Positions 16,668-20,000 of a stretch of DNA of 20,000 nucleotides are shown here, piece by piece. Each line of letters begins with the position of its first letter. Position 1 is the stretch's first letter. Location: positions 57,130 to 77,129 of the IMG/VR virus record IMGVR_UViG_3300009130_000017, one strand, 5' to 3'. A model generated the notes under the pieces. That model saw only the letters and a program-made list of their open reading frames with translations, made no database searches and was not told the origin of the DNA. Source of the DNA: an uncultured virus (IMG/VR IMGVR_UViG_3300009130_000017) (Duplodnaviria > Heunggongvirae > Uroviricota > Caudoviricetes). Position numbers and translations under genes: made by a program.

Positions 16668-17864
16668 ATGGCAAAGAAAAAAGGTGGTAGCGGTAGTGAT
16701 GATTTCACTTCTGATTTGATTAAGTCTCTTAACAAAGAGCACGGTTCTAGAGTAGCGTATAATCTTTCAACAGACGAATCTCCAACGCATGTTAATCGAT
16801 GGATTAGTACCGGGTCCCAACAGCTAGATTACATCATCGCAAATCGCAGTAATGGAGGATTACCGGAGGGGAGAATTATAGAGATATTTGGGCCTCCCTC
16901 GATTGGAAAGTCTCATATCGCAATTCAGATCGCAAGATCATGCCAGCTTCTTGGCGGAATTGTAGTCTATATTGATACAGAGAATGCAACTTCTGTTGAA
17001 AACCTGGGGCTGCTTGGCGTTGATATTAACAAGCGGTTCGTATATGTTGATACGCACTGCACAGAGGAGGTTCTTTCTATTGCTGAATCGACTATAATGA
17101 AAGCCAAGGCGATGGATAAAGACGTACCAGTAACCATTATCTGGGACTCTGTTGCTGCTTCATCTCCTAAGGCCGAATTAGATGGAACATACGAACAAAA
17201 TTCTATTGGTTTACAAGCACGCGCCATCTCTAAAGGTATGCGCAAAATTACAGGTGTCATTGCAAATCAGAATGTCCTGTTTATCTGCTTAAACCAAATT
17301 CGAACAAAAATTGGAGTTATGTATGGAGATCCCACAACTACTCCCGGGGGTAAGGCGATTCCTTTCCATTCATCTGTACGAATCAAGCTCGGCGCCGGTC
17401 AACAGATTACCAATAAGAGCAAAGAAGTTATTGGCATTCACGTCCGCGCGAAGACAATTAAGAATAAGGTAGCACCACCTTTCAGGGAGTGCAATTTTGA
17501 AATTCATTTCGGTAAAGGAATCGTTGAGCACGAGCAAGTCTTTGATGAGCTTCGGAAGCACGGCCCCGAGATAATTGACGGAAAAGAAGTGTGTGTTAAG
17601 GGAACAAGCGCATGGAAAACGTTGACTGTAACCGACACTGTAACGGGCGAAATTAACATCGAGAAGAAATTTTATAAGAACGATTTTGGAGATGTATGGA
17701 AAGATGCTGAGTACCAGAAGTATATAGACGATCTTTTGGCTATATGTATGATAAGAAAAATGTCTGATGATGAACATGCAATGCTTGATACAGAGTCTTA
17801 CGAAGAAGTCCGAGCAGCTGCAATGGAGATTAATTTGGAAGACCTTCCGGACTTGAATGACTAA
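16668..17864 (+). CDS. recA: RecA recombinase (bacterial RecA-like)
   Basis: Start is revised from 16602 to ATG 16668 (SD GAGG; the 16602 start lies inside the terminator). Motifs: GGLPEGRIIEIFGPPSIGKS (Walker A), YIDTE, IIWDSVAA (Walker B), IGLQARAISKGMRK, NQIRTKIGVMYGDPTTTPGGKAIPF, KNKVAPPFR. Confidence 0.95.
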   Translation: MAKKKGGSGSDDFTSDLIKSLNKEHGSRVAYNLSTDESPTHVNRWISTGSQQLDYIIANRSNGGLPEGRIIEIFGPPSIGKSHIAIQIARSCQLLGGIVVYIDTENATSVENLGLLGVDINKRFVYVDTHCTEEVLSIAESTIMKAKAMDKDVPVTIIWDSVAASSPKAELDGTYEQNSIGLQARAISKGMRKITGVIANQNVLFICLNQIRTKIGVMYGDPTTTPGGKAIPFHSSVRIKLGAGQQITNKSKEVIGIHVRAKTIKNKVAPPFRECNFEIHFGKGIVEHEQVFDELRKHGPEIIDGKEVCVKGTSAWKTLTVTDTVTGEINIEKKFYKNDFGDVWKDAEYQKYIDDLLAICMIRKMSDDEHAMLDTESYEEVRAAAMEINLEDLPDLND

Positions 17865-18814
17865 TGAAAGATCGACCAATTTTACTGATTGATGGCCTAA
17901 ATTGCTTTTATAGACATTTTGTAGCAAATCCATCGATGGGAGAGAATGGGGATCCCATAGGTGGCATAGTCGGTTTTCTGAAGAGCATTCAACTGTTGAC
18001 AGAGAGGTATTCTCCAGAGTCAGTTATAGTTGTTTGGGAGGGCGGCGGCTCACCTAGAAGAAGATCAATCGACCCCAATTATAAGGGCGGCCGCAGACCT
18101 GAAAAATTAAACCGTTTCTATTCTGGGGATTTACCTGATACAGTTTCAAATAGAAATGAGCAAATTACAAATTTAGTTGGTCTCTTACGAAAGACAGCGG
18201 TACCGCAGGTCTATATTTCAGATTGTGAAGCAGACGATGTAATTGCACGTCTTTGTAATGTCGTTCTTAAAGAAAAAAAATGTGTCATTATTTCTACTGA
18301 TAAAGATTTTTATCAATTAATTGATGAGAGGATTAGCGTTTGGTCTCCAGGCAGCAAGAGAGAGTGGACAGTTGATAAAGTGTTACAAGAGTTTAGGATA
18401 CATCCTGTAAATTTTTGTTTGGCAAGATGCTTTGTCGGTGATGGGTCTGACGGGCTAAAAGGTGTCCCTGGAGCTGGGTTTAGGAGCCTGGCGAAAAGGT
18501 TCGCTCGTTTGGAAAGCGGAGAATCTCTGGCTGTTTCCGACATACTTACAGAATGTGAAGATCTTCGGAAACAAAAGCGTCTGAAGCTCTATGATAGCAT
18601 CATAGATCACGAAGATACTGTCAACAAAAATTGGAAGCTTATGTATTTGGGACATGGAAATGTATCGGGAGCTCAGGCTAAGAAAATAGATGAAGCACTT
18701 GAAATTTCCAGCTTAAAGAGAGATAAGCTTGGCTTTATTCGTTCCCTAAGGGCATTGGGAATAAAAAACTTCGATTATGATAAATTGTTCATGACCTTAC
18801 GAACATTGGGGTAA
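17864..18814 (+). CDS. 5'-3' exonuclease / flap endonuclease (Pol I N-terminal domain, T4 RNase H family)
   Basis: LLIDGLNCFYR, YKGGR, EADDVIA, IISTDKDFYQL and the H3TH motif GDGSDGLKGVPGAG. TAATG overlap with the recA stop. Confidence 0.92.
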   Translation: MKDRPILLIDGLNCFYRHFVANPSMGENGDPIGGIVGFLKSIQLLTERYSPESVIVVWEGGGSPRRRSIDPNYKGGRRPEKLNRFYSGDLPDTVSNRNEQITNLVGLLRKTAVPQVYISDCEADDVIARLCNVVLKEKKCVIISTDKDFYQLIDERISVWSPGSKREWTVDKVLQEFRIHPVNFCLARCFVGDGSDGLKGVPGAGFRSLAKRFARLESGESLAVSDILTECEDLRKQKRLKLYDSIIDHEDTVNKNWKLMYLGHGNVSGAQAKKIDEALEISSLKRDKLGFIRSLRALGIKNFDYDKLFMTLRTLG

Positions 18815-18822
18815 AAAAAATA

Positions 18823-20000
18823 ATGAGCGCACTCGCTAACAATAATATCTTGAATGAAATTCCAGGTGGCCAGTTTAGGCAATATAATAAGTCTTTTCAA
18901 GAAAAGATTTTGCAAGGACTATTGACAGATCACCAGTGGGCTGCGCAAATGGTCGAAGTTATGAGACCAGATTTTTTTGAGCTGCGATACCTTGAGTATC
19001 TTTGCGAGAAATATTTTAAGTACTTTACTGAGTATAGATGTTTTCCCACCCAAGCTTTGCTAATCAGTATTATCAAAGATGGGTTAAGCGAAGACGGTGA
19101 TGTTTTGCTCCGTGACCAGATCGTAAGCTATTTGATAAGAGCAAAAGAGAACCCACACCCCGGTGATATTGCTTATGTAAAAGAAAAGTCACTTGATTTT
19201 TGTAAGAGACAAGCATTTAAAGAAGCTCTTGAAAAGTCAGTTGAGCTTATCTCCACAGATAATTTTGAGTCCGTTATTTCACTCATGAAGAACGCAGTTT
19301 CGATTGGTCTAGCGAATACCGTAGGTCATGATTTTTTTGAGGATATGGAAGCACGCTTTCAGAAAGTTAATCGTTGCGTTTGTCCAACTGGTATTCCGCA
19401 ACTTGATGCGAAAGATATACTCGCTGGTGGTCTCGGAAGAGGTGAGATTGGTGTTGTAACAGCAAATACTGGTGTCGGCAAGTCTCATTATCTGGTACAA
19501 ATGGGCGCAAATGCAATGAGGGTCGGAAAGAATGTATTACACTATACGTTCGAATTAACAGAGAATGCGGTTGGCATTCGGTATGATTCGAATCTTTGTG
19601 GCATTTCTTCATCAGACGTCGTCGATAATAAAGATCGTGTAAAGAAATTTTATGAAGAAAATGAAGACCTTGGTAGACTCATTATCAAAGAGTATCCGAC
19701 AGGGTATCCGTCTGTTACAACGATTAGGAACCACATAGAAAAGCTTGCTCTTAGAGGGTTTAAGCCGAGTGTTTTGGTAATTGATTATGCCGATATTATG
19801 CGGTCCACACGATCGTATGATTCTTTACGTCACGAGCTTAAACTAATTTATGAAGAGCTTAGAAACCTTGCGATGGAATTGCGGATACCTATTTGGACTG
19901 CTTCTCAAGCGAATAGAGATTCTGCAAATTCTGATATCGTTGGGCTTGAAAATATGTCAGAAGCTTATGGAAAGGCCATGGTCGCTGACCTCGTGGTATC
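18823..20000 (+). CDS. Replicative helicase, T4 gp41 / DnaB (SF4) family; 3'-truncated by the window
   Basis: Not in the ORF track. My translation from ATG 18823 is open to the window end: MSALANNNIL...FQEKILQGLL...PTGIPQLD...GGLGRGEIGVVTANTGVGKS (Walker A at 19462-19485)...YTFEL...LIIKEYPTG...VIDYADIM...IPIWTASQANR...MSEAYGKAMVADLVV. Confidence 0.93.
   Translation, partial: MSALANNNILNEIPGGQFRQYNKSFQEKILQGLLTDHQWAAQMVEVMRPDFFELRYLEYLCEKYFKYFTEYRCFPTQALLISIIKDGLSEDGDVLLRDQIVSYLIRAKENPHPGDIAYVKEKSLDFCKRQAFKEALEKSVELISTDNFESVISLMKNAVSIGLANTVGHDFFEDMEARFQKVNRCVCPTGIPQLDAKDILAGGLGRGEIGVVTANTGVGKSHYLVQMGANAMRVGKNVLHYTFELTENAVGIRYDSNLCGISSSDVVDNKDRVKKFYEENEDLGRLIIKEYPTGYPSVTTIRNHIEKLALRGFKPSVLVIDYADIMRSTRSYDSLRHELKLIYEELRNLAMELRIPIWTASQANRDSANSDIVGLENMSEAYGKAMVADLVV

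Noticed and set aside
18812..18825. TAA-AAA-AAA-TAATG junction as a nuclease-helicase fusion or slippage site
   Set aside because: The A run follows a stop codon and a second in-frame stop follows. It is simply explained as a short spacer.
373..19612. Numerous minus-strand ORFs and short alternate-frame plus-strand ORFs in the track
   Set aside because: All overlap well-supported + strand genes, have no recognisable motifs, and are the expected antisense or frame shadows of codon-biased genes.
1..20000. Genome-wide stop-codon reassignment (code 15 or code 4), as found in some large phages
   Set aside because: Genes are full-length and tightly packed under the standard code. TAG at 5521, 5769 and 14517 is followed shortly by other in-frame stops. 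Only the 9617 junction is in frame and it is reported separately.
1..20000. CRISPR arrays, tRNA/rRNA genes, integrases or transposases
   Set aside because: No regularly spaced direct repeats, RNA-gene signatures or recombinase motifs were seen, and intergenic gaps are all about 100 nt or shorter.

Overview
All supported genes lie on the + strand, densely packed, in what looks like a segment of a large (probably jumbo, contractile-tailed) bacteriophage genome. Bases 1-12794 are a tail/baseplate module: a 5'-truncated tape-measure protein of more than 1830 aa with a very long hydrophobic repeat region, a small acidic ORF, a 1176-aa protein with an interrupted tail-tube-initiator-like domain, a LysM/gpX-like protein and a 1057-aa baseplate hub. 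Bases 12831-20000 are a replication/recombination module: a miniature family-A DNA polymerase (no exonuclease domains, apparently a much reduced thumb), a stand-alone DnaQ-type 3'-5' exonuclease, a T4 gp32-type SSB, a bacterial-type RecA, a stand-alone 5'-3' (flap) exonuclease and a 3'-truncated gp41/DnaB-type helicase missing from the ORF track. Two small ORFs sharing an N-terminal [VI]R-x-YIR-x-x-L motif are interleaved in this module. Four sigma70-like promoters and one strong intrinsic terminator are visible. The most interesting candidate system is a Pol I split into three separate genes around a minimal polymerase core. Product calls come from motif recognition by eye; no database searches were run.
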